A stretch of DNA of 64,000 nucleotides, from positions 7,427,185 through 7,491,184 of the forward strand of contig CM062276.1 of NCBI GenBank assembly GCA_031216635.1, in the 5' to 3' direction. The notes beneath the pieces were generated by a model, which saw nothing but the letters and a program-made list of their open reading frames with translations, was not told where the DNA came from and did not search any database. Source of the DNA: Dissostichus eleginoides. Its lineage: Eukaryota. A program made the position numbers and the translations under genes. Numbering within the stretch: the first letter of the stretch is position 1; each line of letters begins with the position of its first letter. This document shows, in pieces, positions 46,079 through 57,339 of the stretch.

Positions 46079-47586
46079 TGGTGGATTATGAAAAATAACT
46101 GGTAGTGAAGTAGGTACAGTAAGAAAGGGACACAACAGAGATGGCGCTAAACTTTCTCCACCACTGTTTCCTGGCCGGTGCCAAAGATCGTGACAAGATG
46201 AATCACTCCGTGGTTAAAACAGAAAACTATTTGGACCTTGGCGCATGCGCTGTACACCTTTATCAAAAATGTTTACAGTTAACATGGTCATGGTATTGAC
46301 AATCAGAATCAGAAATGACTAAGAAATGTACATTGTTACAGTAACGATTGAGTGCCTAACGTAGAATAAAATAAATGTGGAAATAAATACAGGAATAAAT
46401 AAACACTAGAAAAAATTAATAAATAAATGTATAAAATATAAAGTATAAATCATAAAATATAAGTTGAGAATAAAACGGAACACACATATCTTTACATTTA
46501 TTTGTAATAACTAATTAATATATTTATTAATTTCTGTGTCTGTGCGTGTTTCACACAGTGTTGTTCTGCTTGGTAGCCTTGTATTCTCCAATTGTATTTT
46601 CATTTGGAAGTTGTGCACATGTCGTTAACAATGTCTCTGAGTTGCTATAATATTTTATTTCACTTCTTCTGACCAGTCCCACTTTTTTTTGGAAGCTTTG
46701 TTTGTTTCAAGTTGTACACAGTGCAAGGAGAAACACAGTGACTCTTCTCTGTTCAATACATATTTTAAAAGCTTACAGCACCGGGAATTTCCGGCTTATT
46801 CCTGTTTTGTATAAACCTTAAAGCCCCCTGAGACAAAAGTACAATTTGTGATATTGGGCGTATGAAATAAACTTTGATTTACTTTTATTGATGTATTTGT
46901 CGCAAGAAATACACTTCACTTCAGAGCCCTCAAGAGCCATATATAAATGTTTATTGGCGTCAAAAATGGTGTTGCTATTAAAGGTTTTGCTACTACCTAA
47001 AACTCAGTAACAGGAGTTCAATGGATGGCATTTCTAACAAGTTTGAGATTTTTGATTTCGAAGCTCTTCTCCACTATAGCAGTGAGATAACGCACACATT
47101 TAACAAGCAGCACAATACCCACTACGATAAATAAACATGATAACTGCTGGGATTCGTATTGGTGGATGTATTTATTAAAAATAAAAATGACACGTTTCTT
47201 TCATCTTCATATCGTCTCTCGATTTAATAGATATCATTGTTTTCAACCTGTTCCTATTGGTCGGATCCAGCCAGCTGAAAAGGGACAGATCATGTTATAT
47301 GTTGTCACTTCAACAAAAAAGTAAGATTTGGCAATATTTAGTTTGTATTTTGGAAACTTCGGGAGTAAACTAAGCCATAATAAATGAGGACGGAGTGGGC
47401 CCTCCTGTTTGTGCCTATAGCACGCGGAACAGAAATTCGGCACCAAAGGTTCCGTGTAAAGCATTAGTCGGAATTATTTTGTTGACGGAAAAGCTCCTAA
47501 CGTGCCTCCATGCTCATCAGAGTAAGAATGGAACATCAAATAAAAACAATTTGAACACAACAATTGAACTTTCAGGCTCAAAAGAC
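46079..47586. promoter_or_regulatory. Putative bidirectional promoter interval between PARP2 (minus) and METTL17 (plus); CpG-containing (GGCGCATGCGC at about 46240)
   Basis: Head-to-head arrangement. GCGCATGCGC is an NRF1-like palindrome. Confidence 0.3.
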
Positions 47587-47655
47587 ATGGCTTCAAGGAG
47601 ATATGGCGCGTGTGTCCTTTATCAGAGGGCCGCTGTCCTGAGGATGATGTGCAGG
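47587..47655 (+). CDS. mettl17: METTL17 exon 1 (MASRRYGACVLYQRAAVLRMMCR, mitochondrial presequence-like)
   Basis: ATG and an Arg-rich amphipathic N-terminus. Donor AGG|GTGAGT, in phase with exon 2. Confidence 0.5.
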
Positions 47656-48644
47656 GTGAGTGTCATTGAACGCACCATCTTCACCATGGAGGTCAGGCAG
47701 AGAAGATTTTACCATCAGGACTGAGATTAACACACATCTTATCTATAATGTAGCTTTGTTCACAGCTTTATTTAAACACGAGTACATTTTACATTAATAT
47801 GAATGTATTTATAATATTCCTTCAATCTCCAATAGATTTACTGTTTTGCTACTCTGGATTTTGAATCGGAAGTGTACTTGAATGTATTTAAAAAAAACGT
47901 TTTGGTAAAGGTTTACCTGCAGCACATGTCTGAATCTGAGTCTGAATTAAGTGATTATTAAATACCAAACAATGCAAACATGTAAAGCAGTTTATCTTTT
48001 ATATATGGCAACAGGAATATACATTGTGAATTTCTGTATATCTGTTAAAAGTTCATTTTCGATAAGATAGCTATGAATTTATTATTACAAGTTATCTCAA
48101 GTTGAAAATTGCTTTGATGGACTGCAGTTTTTAAATCAAAAACCACAACATTGGCTCTAAAACTATCTAATTTAATTTTTGTCTGTCTATTATTTTTGTT
48201 TTAATCTATGACAGTAAGTAGTTTTGTTGCCCACAAGAGCTCAAATAGGTGGTAAAGAAAAAAAATGTTGTACTTATCATCCAAATCTTATGTATTTGTT
48301 TGTTTATTTGTTTGTTTATTCATCTGTTTATTTATTTGTTGTTTTATGTTTTTGTTTTTCAATAACAAATGCATTTCTTTACGAAAAAAATAAATATATA
48401 TGTTAATAATTTTTGGGAGAAGTGGTGGGATTAAATAAGTGTAAACTTCTTCCCACCCTTTTTCAGATGTGTAATTAAGTAGATCATTTGTTTATATATA
48501 ATTTAGAGTCAGTAATATTTTTGTTTATCAATTTGACACGGCTTAAGTTTGTATAGTATAATAATTCATTTCATTATTATTGTTATTTTTTTGTATTATT
48601 GTTTTACACATTCGAAATAAATCAAATCAAATCAAAATCCTCAG

Positions 48645-48786
48645 GGTATGAGTGCAGCCGCAGACCTGCAGTCCCAGGTGGATTTCCTCAAAGGAGAACC
48701 CCACAGGAATCACCCAGGTGTGACCAACCTGAAGACTCTGCGCCTCCCTGAAGAACTCCAGATGGCTGCACGGTGCATCATTCAAA
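48645..48786 (+). CDS. mettl17: METTL17 exon 2 (GMSAAADLQSQVDFLKGEPHRNHPGVTNLKTLRLPEELQMAARCIIQ)
   Basis: Acceptor tcctcag and donor A|GTACGT. Aligns with human [35 protein letters not shown]. Confidence 0.8.
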
Positions 48787-48798
48787 GTACGTTATGAC

Positions 48799-49364
48799 CA
48801 GAGATGGCAAAAGTACACACAGCCTTTACTCAAGTAGAAGTACAGATACTCGTGTTTAAAAATACTCTGTTAAAAGTAGAAGTACTGACTAAACTTCACT
48901 CAAGTAAAAGTAAAGAGGGCTTTGAAATGTACTAAAGTAAAAAGTACCCATAACTACCAGCTGTTTTAAAGAGTACCTGACCTCCCTTTATATTAATAGA
49001 ACAATAATGTCATTGTTAGCTAATGAATGTTTCCATGCTGAACAACGGCAACATGACAACGTTTTCATTGGTCCCTCTTCTTTAGAGAAGACCTGGAAAT
49101 GATGGATACACGGATCGTGTTCAAATCAATAGGCACGCAATGACTCTAAATAATAATGATCACGCCACCAAACACACATTCAAACTAAAGGAACCAGCCT
49201 GTTTGGAAAATGTAAGAAGTAGAAGTACAGGTCTTTGTGTTAAAAATGTAAGAAGTCAAAGTCAAAAGTCGTCAGGAAAACAAGTGGTGGAGTAAACTAC
49301 AGATACCAGAAACATGTACTTAAGTAGTAATGAAGTATTTGTACTCCACTACTTCCCACCTCTG
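48799..49364 (-). mobile_element. MITE family B, copy B4, starting 12 bp after the METTL17 exon-2 splice donor
   Basis: CAGAGATGGCAAAAGTACACAC...CTTCCCACCTCTG. No clear TSD. Confidence 0.75.
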
Positions 49365-49714
49365 GTGACTAGTGAATCTATTGAGGAAGCGATAAATCTA
49401 TATTTCCAGATAAACACTGACTGTTCCATGCATGCATATAAATACAGAGTAATCATATTAAGAAAATAGTAAAAATGTTCGAGTTTGATAAGATGTATTT
49501 AAAAAACATTAGCTAATATGTGTCTAATTCTCAATTATTATTGATTTAGACAATGTATTTGTCTATCAAAAATAGTTTAATCTGTTTGATTTTAAGATAC
49601 TACCCCTTTGAAGAACAATACATTATATTCATTTTGTGCCTCAGCCAAAGGACAAAAGTTATTTGCCCCCACTTTACTCCCCTAGACCGAGTCTGTATCT
49701 CTCGCCTGAAGCGG

Positions 49715-49824
49715 TAAAATGTAAGAAGTAGAAAGTAAAAAGTAGTGGAGTAAAGTACTGATACCAGAACAATATACTTAAGTACAGTAACAAAGTATTT
49801 GTACTCCACTACTTCCCACCTCTG
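49715..49824 (-). mobile_element. MITE family B, partial 3' fragment (B5)
   Basis: ...GTACTCCACTACTTCCCACCTCTG plus about 100 bp of family-B sequence. Confidence 0.6.
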
Positions 49825-49906
49825 GTTATGACTATAGCTATATCAGTTTGCATATGAACTGTTTCCATAGATGCACTGTGTGACTCTTTGATCTCTCCAC
49901 ATGTAG

Positions 49907-50056
49907 GAGCTGAGGTGCCTCGGCTGGCTGACAGAGCTCACAGCCTCACAAACTTCCTGTGGAGCAGGAAAAGTCCCGTGGAAGAGTCATCTCTGAGGAA
50001 GAGAGCTGTGAAACTGGAGAAAGAACTCTGGGAGAAAGAGATGGATAAGAAAGCAG
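49907..50056 (+). CDS. mettl17: METTL17 exon 3 (RAEVPRLADRAHSLTNFLWSRKSPVEESSLRKRAVKLEKELWEKEMDKKA)
   Basis: Acceptor atgtag and donor G|GTAGGT. Aligns with [31 protein letters not shown]. Confidence 0.85.
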
Positions 50057-50148
50057 GTAGGTGTCATACCAGTTAACCAAATAGTAATGGATTTTAAATG
50101 ATGATATAACGAAGCAGCTGGAGAAGTAAATGTGCTTCTACTTTACAG

Positions 50149-50236
50149 ATATAGATGAGCAGCTACTGGAAGACCGCATCAGGAAAAAAGTGTTCTCGGT
50201 GCTAAAAAAAACCACATATCACTGGAAGACCACAAA
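50149..50236 (+). CDS. mettl17: METTL17 exon 4 (DIDEQLLEDRIRKKVFSVLKKTTYHWKTTK)
   Basis: Acceptor tttacag and donor AA|GTAACT. Aligns with [22 protein letters not shown]. Confidence 0.85.
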
Positions 50237-50390
50237 GTAACTATTTGCTTTTATCTAAAATTATTTTATAGAAATATATGATGTATCCCAGATATATTAA
50301 AATGATAAATGTGATCAGAAAAAACATTAATTGATTAAATTACTTTCAATAATGGAGCATTTATAAGCATTTTTTACCCAAGAGAAGACA

Positions 50391-50790
50391 GTGGGTGTTT
50401 CTCAATGTCGAGGAAGGATGCTCCAGAGCCACTATTTCAAGCATACTACGTCATCGAGTCCCGCCGAAGGACTGTTCCAATGTCCAGCATACTTGGAATT
50501 CTACCGAGGCCGGCGTGCTTTGCAGCGAGAAATTTCGAGGCTGCACATGTGTAGACTCCGCGGTCTTAAAATCCCCACAATGCTTTGCGCACGGACCAAT
50601 TTCCAAATCTTTGGCGGAAATCGCGCTCCATTTAAGGCGGGGCCTCGCATATGACGCACACCTGTTAGCCTGTTCCACCATTCTTTGTTTTCCGAGGCTA
50701 GGAAGGATTCTTGCCTCGCTTCTGAAGCAAGTGACTCGGAAGACATGTGCTACCAAGCAAGCGTCCTCGACATTGACAAAGCGCCCTTTA
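50391..50790 (+). mobile_element. MITE with termini GGGTGTTTCTCAATGTCGAGGA ... TCCTCGACATTGACAAAGCGCCC (CpG-rich interior) in METTL17 intron 4
   Basis: About 22-bp imperfect TIRs. The overlapping sense and antisense ORFs here are artefacts of the palindromic structure. Confidence 0.6.
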
Positions 50791-51064
50791 TGAGTATAAA
50801 TTGTTCCAATGCTGACGAATATTTAACATTTTAAACTATTTATATACCTAATGCACATTGCTAACTTGTTTTAATTTAACATATTGACACTAGCTTTATA
50901 TAAAGTTTGTATATTTATTTTTTATTTCAAATCTTATTTGGGTATCTCATACAGACATAAGCTGTGCGACAGGTTTCCCTCTCTGCTGTTAAATGTTGGA
51001 GGAGGACATTTCTCCTGTTTGATTTTGAGACAAGTTCCTGCACAGCTCCCTCTCTGTGTTGCAG

Positions 51065-51146
51065 GTATGATGAAGAGTTGGGCGTGGTTTACATGGCGTC
51101 TCGGCTGGCTGGGGGCTATGCAGCAGTGAAGAGAGCTTTGAACGAG
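51065..51146 (+). CDS. mettl17: METTL17 exon 5 (YDEELGVVYMASRLAGGYAAVKRALNE)
   Basis: Acceptor gttgcag and donor GAG|GTAAGG. Aligns with [27 protein letters not shown]. Confidence 0.9.
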
Positions 51147-51313
51147 GTAAGGAACAATTGGAGAAGATCAAAGGCTTACTGACGTGTTCATACCAGGGCT
51201 GTCGCACGGAAAAATACAAATAAATCTTGTTATTTGTGAGTTGTGTTTTTCTGGATGTGAGTCAGAGATTTACTTGTTCTGTCCTTAATGTGAATTTGCT
51301 TTAATCATTTCAG

Positions 51314-51387
51314 ATAAAGAAGAAGGATTCCTCTTTTGCCCCTCAGTCGCTCCTGGATTTTGGTTCAGGGTTAGGAACAGTTGTTTG
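51314..51387 (+). CDS. mettl17: METTL17 exon 6 (IKKKDSSFAPQSLLDFGSGLGTVVW)
   Basis: Acceptor catttcag and donor TG|GTTAGT. Aligns with [25 protein letters not shown] (SAM-binding motif I). Confidence 0.9.
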
Positions 51388-51880
51388 GTTAGTATTATTT
51401 ATTTATTTATTCGTTTGTTTGTTTGTTTGTTTATTTGTTTGTTTATTCCACACATGGCAGTTATTTTAAAACAAAACATGTACACTTATACTGGTTGTGT
51501 TGTTTTTAAAGTGCATGGTGGAAAGGAGCAGGGAGAAGAAAATCTTATTTTCCTGCCCCTTCTTATAAAAAAGAAATAAAAATGAAATAACCATTAAAAA
51601 GTAAAAATAAAAGCAATATTCTTTCAGTCACAGTTGCTTACAAATACTGAAACATAAAACCAGAACACAATCAAAAGTCAACTTCATATTGTGTAAATAT
51701 GCTTTCTTTATACATTTTCTTAAACATAAAAATGTTCTCACAGCCCTTTAAATCATTCAGCAAAGAACTCCACTTCTTTACGCCTACTACAGTATGAAAC
51801 ACTGGCGCACCTTAAAAAGAGTTGTAAGATTGTAAGTCATATGAAACCTCTCTCTGTCTCTCTCTCTCTTTGCCCCTCAG

Positions 51881-51975
51881 GGCGTCACACTCGTACTGGG
51901 GCGACTCCTTGAAGGAGATGGTGTGTGTGGACAGCTCGGGGCCGATGAACGTCCTGGCAGAGCGACTTCTCAAAG
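51881..51975 (+). CDS. mettl17: METTL17 exon 7 (ASHSYWGDSLKEMVCVDSSGPMNVLAERLLK)
   Basis: Acceptor cccctcag and donor G|GTGAAA. Aligns with [32 protein letters not shown]. Confidence 0.9.
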
Positions 51976-52246
51976 GTGAAAACACAGACTGTTATATCAG
52001 CTCTGATTTAGTTTGGGCTTTGGTCAAAAAGTTGATGAGACAATCTATTTTATTTTGTATAATTGTTTTAACAGGATGAGTGAGGATAAAATGACAATTA
52101 CATTCAAGATCTCATGATACCAAGAAACTAATTGGCAACAACATATGACTAATTAAAGTAGATAGTACTAATTAATACTTCATCCCCGCTCATTTTTTCA
52201 AAACAAACAAACACTGACCAAACCTCCTCTGACTCCCTTCCCAAAC

Positions 52247-52250
<4 letters not shown>

Positions 52251-52290
<40 letters not shown>
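52251..52290 (+). repeat. (AC)n microsatellite in a METTL17 intron
   Basis: acacac run. A second (CA)n with CAC/GCA variants lies at 52440-52510. Confidence 0.9.
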
Positions 52291-52456
52291 TACTTGTTAG
52301 ACGCTGTTATCCAAAGCGACTTACATACTCAGTACTGTGGACAATCCCCACAGGAGCAATTTGGGGTGAAGTGTCTTGCCCAGGGACACAACGACATGCT
52401 GACTGCAGTGGGGTTTGAACCTCAACCCACTGTGCCACACACCTCCACACACACCT

Positions 52457-52506
<50 letters not shown>

Positions 52507-52680
52507 ACACACAACAAACACGCTTGAGATATTTAAGTGTCCCCCAATGTCCCCAGGTCCTGTGGCTCATCTCCTCTACAGAGCCTCGTAAATGTTGTTC
52601 TATATTTCGTTGAATTGTTTTTCCTTGCTACTGTCTATCTTGACGAGAAAACCTAAGCATGTGTTTTTCGCGTTGAGCAG

Positions 52681-52751
52681 GTGATGAAGAAAGGGCGGAA
52701 CCTCACATCAAACAAGTTTATTTCAGACAGTTCCTCCCTGTCTCTCCTAAG
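52681..52751 (+). CDS. mettl17: METTL17 exon 8 ([24 protein letters not shown])
   Basis: Acceptor tgagcag and donor AAG|GTAAAA. Aligns with [23 protein letters not shown]. Confidence 0.85.
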
Positions 52752-53135
52752 GTAAAACACTTTAGTTTTTTGCAACAGAAAAACACAGTCTGTGTTAAGT
52801 TCAGTTTAAGGGTTTCTGTTTGAACTATCAAAATGTCAAGATCCAAACTAATCCGATTCTTGCTATATATAGGCAAACATTGAGATTAAAGTCAAATGAG
52901 AAGACAGACATGTATTCATATTTTGGAATTTGAGGCAATCGGGCCTGGATAGTAAACTTTCCAATTTAAAAGTCTTTACATTTGATGTTTAAGAATTGTT
53001 GGAACCGTGCAAAGACGTTGCATCGTTAGAATTCCTTCTTTACAGTTAGTCTTGTGTTTATTTTTCCAGTTACAATTATATTACTGTACATCCTTTAAGG
53101 ACAAGGAGCCCTGACAGTTGTTGTTTCTCCTCCAG

Positions 53136-53243
53136 GTGCAGTTTGACTTGGTGGTGGCAGCCTTCACTCTGTCGGAGCTCCTGAATGTGAAGGAGCGAGA
53201 GGACACGGTGTTAACTCTGTGGAGGAAGACCAGCTCCTACCTG
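53136..53243 (+). CDS. mettl17: METTL17 exon 9 ([36 protein letters not shown])
   Basis: Acceptor cctccag and donor CTG|GTTCGT. Aligns with [36 protein letters not shown]. Confidence 0.9.
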
Positions 53244-53440
53244 GTTCGTTAAAATAAAGACTTGACTTCACCTTTAGATGAAGTGAACTATTGTTGTCCT
53301 TGCACATTTAGTGAATATAATCTCAATTTTAGAGTATTTCTGTGTAAATCGCAACTTGTCTTCAAAACTATTCTGGTAACTAGAAACATTATCTTACATA
53401 ATAACATTTGATTGTGCTTTTTTCGTCATTCATTTTGCAG

Positions 53441-53509
53441 GTGCTGGTGGAAAATGGGACTAAAGAGGGCCATCAGATGCTTATGGAGGCCAGAGACACG
53501 TTATTGAAG
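53441..53509 (+). CDS. mettl17: METTL17 exon 10 ([23 protein letters not shown])
   Basis: Acceptor ttttgcag and donor AAG|GTAGTC. Aligns with [23 protein letters not shown]. Confidence 0.9.
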
Positions 53510-53637
53510 GTAGTCAAATACAGTTTACAACATGGCACTTCAAAATCTCCAAGAGGAATTTAGTTTGGCACTTCTCTGTAAATGATTTGATGCAATTAAT
53601 GAAAGCAGAATGATGACCTGCAGTTCTTTGTCTCCAG

Positions 53638-53688
53638 AAACAAGACAAGATTGTCCATGACATCAGACCAGCAGCAGTGTTTGCTCCG
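53638..53688 (+). CDS. mettl17: METTL17 exon 11 (KQDKIVHDIRPAAVFAP)
   Basis: Acceptor tctccag and donor CCG|GTACGC. Aligns with ...DPRPGFVFAP. Confidence 0.8.
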
Positions 53689-53775
53689 GTACGCTCAAAT
53701 CTCAGATGATTAAAACATCACGGCATCTCTCAACCATTTTACAGTATTTTCTCTCTTTTTGTTTTGTCTCTCTAG

Positions 53776-53868
53776 TGTCCTCATGAGCGGACCTGTCCTA
53801 AACTGGCCTTTGCGATCACCACACCGTGCAACTTCAATCAGATGTACCAACCTCTGCCTCTGCCCGGG
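53776..53868 (+). CDS. mettl17: METTL17 exon 12 (CPHERTCPKLAFAITTPCNFNQMYQPLPLPG)
   Basis: Acceptor tctctag and donor GGG|GTAACA. Aligns with [28 protein letters not shown]. Confidence 0.85.
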
Positions 53869-53937
53869 GTAACATCAAACTCTTGACCTCAGTAGTAGAT
53901 AGGAAACGCATATATGGATTCCACTTAGGTTTTATTT

Positions 53938-54447
53938 AAAGGTCCCCTATTATACTGTTTTTCATCAATATATTACAGGTCTCAGATATATACAAAACAT
54001 GTCTCTGAAGTGTTTGGCTCCAAACACCAAACAGATCATTGCAGCATCCCATAATCCCCTCTGTTTCAGCCCTGTTTCAAAAGTGCTGATTCTCTGTCTG
54101 TTACTTTAGATGAAAATAAGGAGCCCCTCCCCACGCCCCTCTGAGAGATATTTGGTTAAAAAGAACACAATGGTGCTCTAGGAGGAGATTCAGGTGATAA
54201 GGTGGGGGGGGGGTTACCTTGGTTGGTGTTTGGCTAATGGTTACACAAGCCAAAACATCGTTACGACATAAAGTGGCCAAAATCTGATCAGCTCATCTTC
54301 AGACAGGTTTTTATATAAATGGATCAGGACAAAAAGAGAGAGAATCTTTGTTCCTGAAACTTTCAGAATGTCTTTACACAGAGGGGACACATGTTGATGT
54401 AGAGAAGACATGAAGAAGTGGATTTTGCATAATAGGTGACCTTTAAT
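53938..54447 (+). mobile_element. MITE family D, intact copy D2, ending about 17 bp before the METTL17 exon-13 acceptor
   Basis: Contiguous homologue of D1 without the Tc1. TTAA-containing ends. Confidence 0.75.
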
Positions 54448-54463
54448 TAATTCCTTTTTTCAG

Positions 54464-54660
54464 CGCAATGAGCGGCAGACGGAGAAGTTCAGCTACCTGA
54501 TTCTGGCTCGGACAGAACTGGGGGGCACAGAGTCTGAAGGCGTGGATTGGGGCAGGCTGATCTCTCCTGTGAAGTGCAGAACGAGACATGTGCACTGTAA
54601 GATGTGCTGCCCTGACGGAAAACTGCAACACCTGGTGGTGACCGCACGGAAACAGAGCAG
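54464..54660 (+). CDS. mettl17: METTL17 exon 13 (RNERQTEKFSYLILARTELGGTESEGVDWGRLISPVKCRTRHVHCKMCCPDGKLQHLVVTARKQS)
   Basis: Acceptor tttttcag and donor AG|GTAAAA. Aligns with EEKFSMVILARGSPEE...[25 protein letters not shown]. Confidence 0.9.
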
Positions 54661-54960
54661 GTAAAAGTCACACATACGTCAAAACTTATCGACAGGAGCA
54701 GCATAAGAGTTTTTGATGGGGAGCCAAAGCTTGGGATCAATTTGTCAGAAGTTTTAACGGCAGCAGCAAATAGCGGGGGTTTCCCTGCCTATGAAACACT
54801 TGTGCAGTGTTTATTATTGGGGGTATTATAAAATGTAAGGTACATATATAGAAAAACGTCAAAAGAAACAAAAAATACTTTTCTTATACTAGTCGCCTAG
54901 TGCCGGGTATTGATTGAATTTGATTTAGTCGGGCCAATGCCTTAAGTTAGTGATACAAAT

Positions 54961-55371
54961 TAGTGATGTTACGTTCGCGAACGATCCGATTTTTTGAACG
55001 CCTCTTTGGTACGAACAAAGGGAACAGAGTCGTACTTGGTGAGAGCCGTTCTTTTTATCGTTGGTTCATTGCCTGCCATAAATCCACTTGCCTTTAAAGG
55101 AACTTGCTTTCCTGAATGCACATTAGCCGTAGATGATGGCATAACGCATGCTGCTTGAGTAGTAGTTTGGCTGCCTGAGAGATGTAGCAAGTTATACATT
55201 TTCTGTGAGTAAAAGTAGTTTCTGGCAATACAGTCAATCATTATCCTGGTGATTATTTAGCAGTTAAACCTATTAGCCCCGCCCTCTTAAAAAAAACTTT
55301 TGAACAGCTCTCGGAAAGGAAGGGAGCCATGAGATCCGGCTCCCTTCAAAGAGCCGTAATTCTCATCACTA
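54961..55371 (+). mobile_element. Family C element, shorter copy C2 (internally deleted) in the last METTL17 intron
   Basis: Both termini are more than 85% identical to C1 (GTGATGTTACGTTCGCGAACGATCCGATTTTTTGAACG... / ...CCGGCTCCCTTCAAAGAGCCGTAATTCTCATCACTA). Confidence 0.7.
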
Positions 55372-55608
55372 ATCAATTTTAAATAACAAAAGAAGCCAAA
55401 CTTTTAAAATGTTGTATAAACACAAACCGCTTTTCAAGAACCTTTGCTAAATAAAATAATTATTTAAATTTGGTCATTTGTCAGGAACTTTGTCGGATCA
55501 AAGTTTTAGGGAACAAGACCACAAATCAACCAAATATTGAATGTTGACGACACAGTTCTGATGGTACGTCTCAAATTAACTGAAAATTGTTTTATTTCCT
55601 TCCATCAG

Positions 55609-55705
55609 AGACGTGTACCGCTGCGCCCGGAGCAGCGACTGGGGAGATCGACTGCCGATGCTTCAGGGAGACGATGAGGACGCAGAGAGTGATTCAGAGC
55701 GATGA
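55609..55705 (+). CDS. mettl17: METTL17 last exon (RDVYRCARSSDWGDRLPMLQGDDEDAESDSER, stop)
   Basis: Acceptor ccatcag. Aligns with RDLYRCARVSSWGDLLPV. TGA at 55703-55705. Confidence 0.85.
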
Positions 55706-55866
55706 TTCAGCTACAAGGAGACTCAAACTTTATACTTTTGAAACAATGGAAACATTCCAAAATTGTTGACGAAAGACTCAGAAATCAGCTTTTAGTTGTA
55801 CAGAACATGTGCGTTTCCTCACTGGATTGTAAATGACTGACTCATTTGACAACCTCTGACTACTTT

Positions 55867-55872
55867 AATAAA
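55867..55872 (+). promoter_or_regulatory. mettl17: AATAAA polyadenylation signal of METTL17
   Basis: Canonical hexamer about 160 nt after the stop. The SDR39U1 poly(A) signal (tttatt on the plus strand near 55911) lies within about 40 bp on the opposite strand. Confidence 0.45.
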
Positions 55873-56376
55873 GAAATCACAACATACTTTACTATGCTTT
55901 ATTGTGCAACACCTTAAACAAATCTGCATCCATGTCTTGTAACAAGTATTCTGCAATTTTGACAGTAATGTGATATTTCAAAAGGCGTAGAATGAGAGGT
56001 TTCCCTTCTGCATGTTTCAGTACTTTGGAATAAAACTCACAGATAATATGGATAATTATCAGTTCACTGAAATAATTCTGAAGTTCAAACACACCATTGA
56101 ATGGGAAACAATACAGAGGGAAGTGGACTATTGCAAAGACCACATTTCAAAATGTTATGATGTAGTGATGTATGCACACCTGAATTTGTGTGCTGAGTAA
56201 CTGATCTCTTTTTAATGCTTAGTATGTACAAACTGGAAAAATCTGATTTACTAACTGGTCTTATTTTCTAGGAATCCTTGATTTGAGCTGACACGATTTG
56301 TTTAAATCTTGTAATCCAGTAAATATGAGCACACATTTACAGAAAGTTCTTAGTCAGCCCTTTCCTTCAACATCTG

Positions 56377-56805
56377 TTAACTCCCAACGATCTCTTTCAG
56401 GGCTGAGGTCAGATCTGGGTACTTGTACTGAAAGCCGGCCTCTTGAGTCCTCTTTGGTATGACTTTCTGTCCCTCCATGAGGACCACGGCCCTCTCAGAG
56501 CCCATTAAGGTGTTCATGACGAAGGCAGGGACAGGGAAAATGGTGGGTCTCCTCAGCACTCGGCCCAGCTCTTTGGTGAACTCCAGGTTGGTGTTCAGAG
56601 CGGGCGCCACACCGTTGAACACTTGTTGTGAAGGCGAGGGGGTGTCGGCAGGGGGCTCCAGAGCGTGGGCGATGAGTCCTGCCAGGTCCGAGACGTGGAT
56701 CCAGGGGAACGGCTGCCGTCCGGACCCCAGAGTGCCCCCCAGGCCGAGCCAAAAGGGGAGCAGCATCTGCTTCATGGCACCACCATCACGGCCTAAAACG
56801 GCCCC
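56377..56805 (-). CDS. sdr39u1: SDR39U1 (epimerase-family SDR) last exon (...GAVLGRDGGAMKQMLLPFWLGLGGTLGSGRQPFPWIHVSDLAGLIAHALE...GQKVIPKRTQEAGFQYKYPDLTSALKEIVGS, stop)
   Basis: Acceptor cctcctccag. A long match to human SDR39U1 ([49 protein letters not shown]...GQKVIPQRTLATGYQYSFPELGAALKEIVA). Confidence 0.9.
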   Translation of the reverse strand, partial: GAVLGRDGGAMKQMLLPFWLGLGGTLGSGRQPFPWIHVSDLAGLIAHALEPPADTPSPSQQVFNGVAPALNTNLEFTKELGRVLRRPTIFPVPAFVMNTLMGSERAVVLMEGQKVIPKRTQEAGFQYKYPDLTSALKEIVGS

Positions 56806-57339
56806 TGGAGGAGGGGGGGGGAGGAATGGATGTTTGAGATGACACATGGCAAGATGTATGTGCATTTAATCAATCAATATACTTTAATATGATCAGAATC
56901 AGAATACCTTTATTCGTCCCACAGAGGGGTTACAGCAGAAAAGAGCCAAATACAGCTTCATGTTAACTAAGAAGCATGCATTAAAAAACATTTAAGATAC
57001 ACAAATTTAAGAAAATAACACAATTTACAAAAATATATGGCTCAATATCAGAAATTACAGATTTAGCTTAGGGGGATTTACAGTGTGTACAGCACTGTGT
57101 GTCCTTACACCCTCGCAGTGTAAAAGGAAACAACTCCCAAAGAAATCCTGCAATTAACAGTGAAATAAATGTTGTGTAAATGGAATAGGAACTCACTACT
57201 ATCCTGCATTTCTAAGTTATTTGTATTGTTTTGTTAACCTGAAAAATGTGCCTGTTTTCTGATTCAATATATGGTTAATGAAAATTAACTTACTTGGTTT
57301 CTACTGTCATTTCATGTCAAATCTGCTCCATTTACGTAC

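Noticed and set aside
50391-50793. Four mutually overlapping ORFs (81-132 aa) on both strands.
   Set aside because: The segment is a CpG-rich MITE with 22-bp inverted termini, and the ORFs mirror each other because of the palindromic structure. None has protein-like composition.
56459-56842. A plus-strand 127-aa ORF and a minus-strand 85-aa ORF overlapping the SDR39U1 last exon.
   Set aside because: They are antisense or alternative-frame shadows of a GC-rich, well-supported exon. They have no homology of their own.
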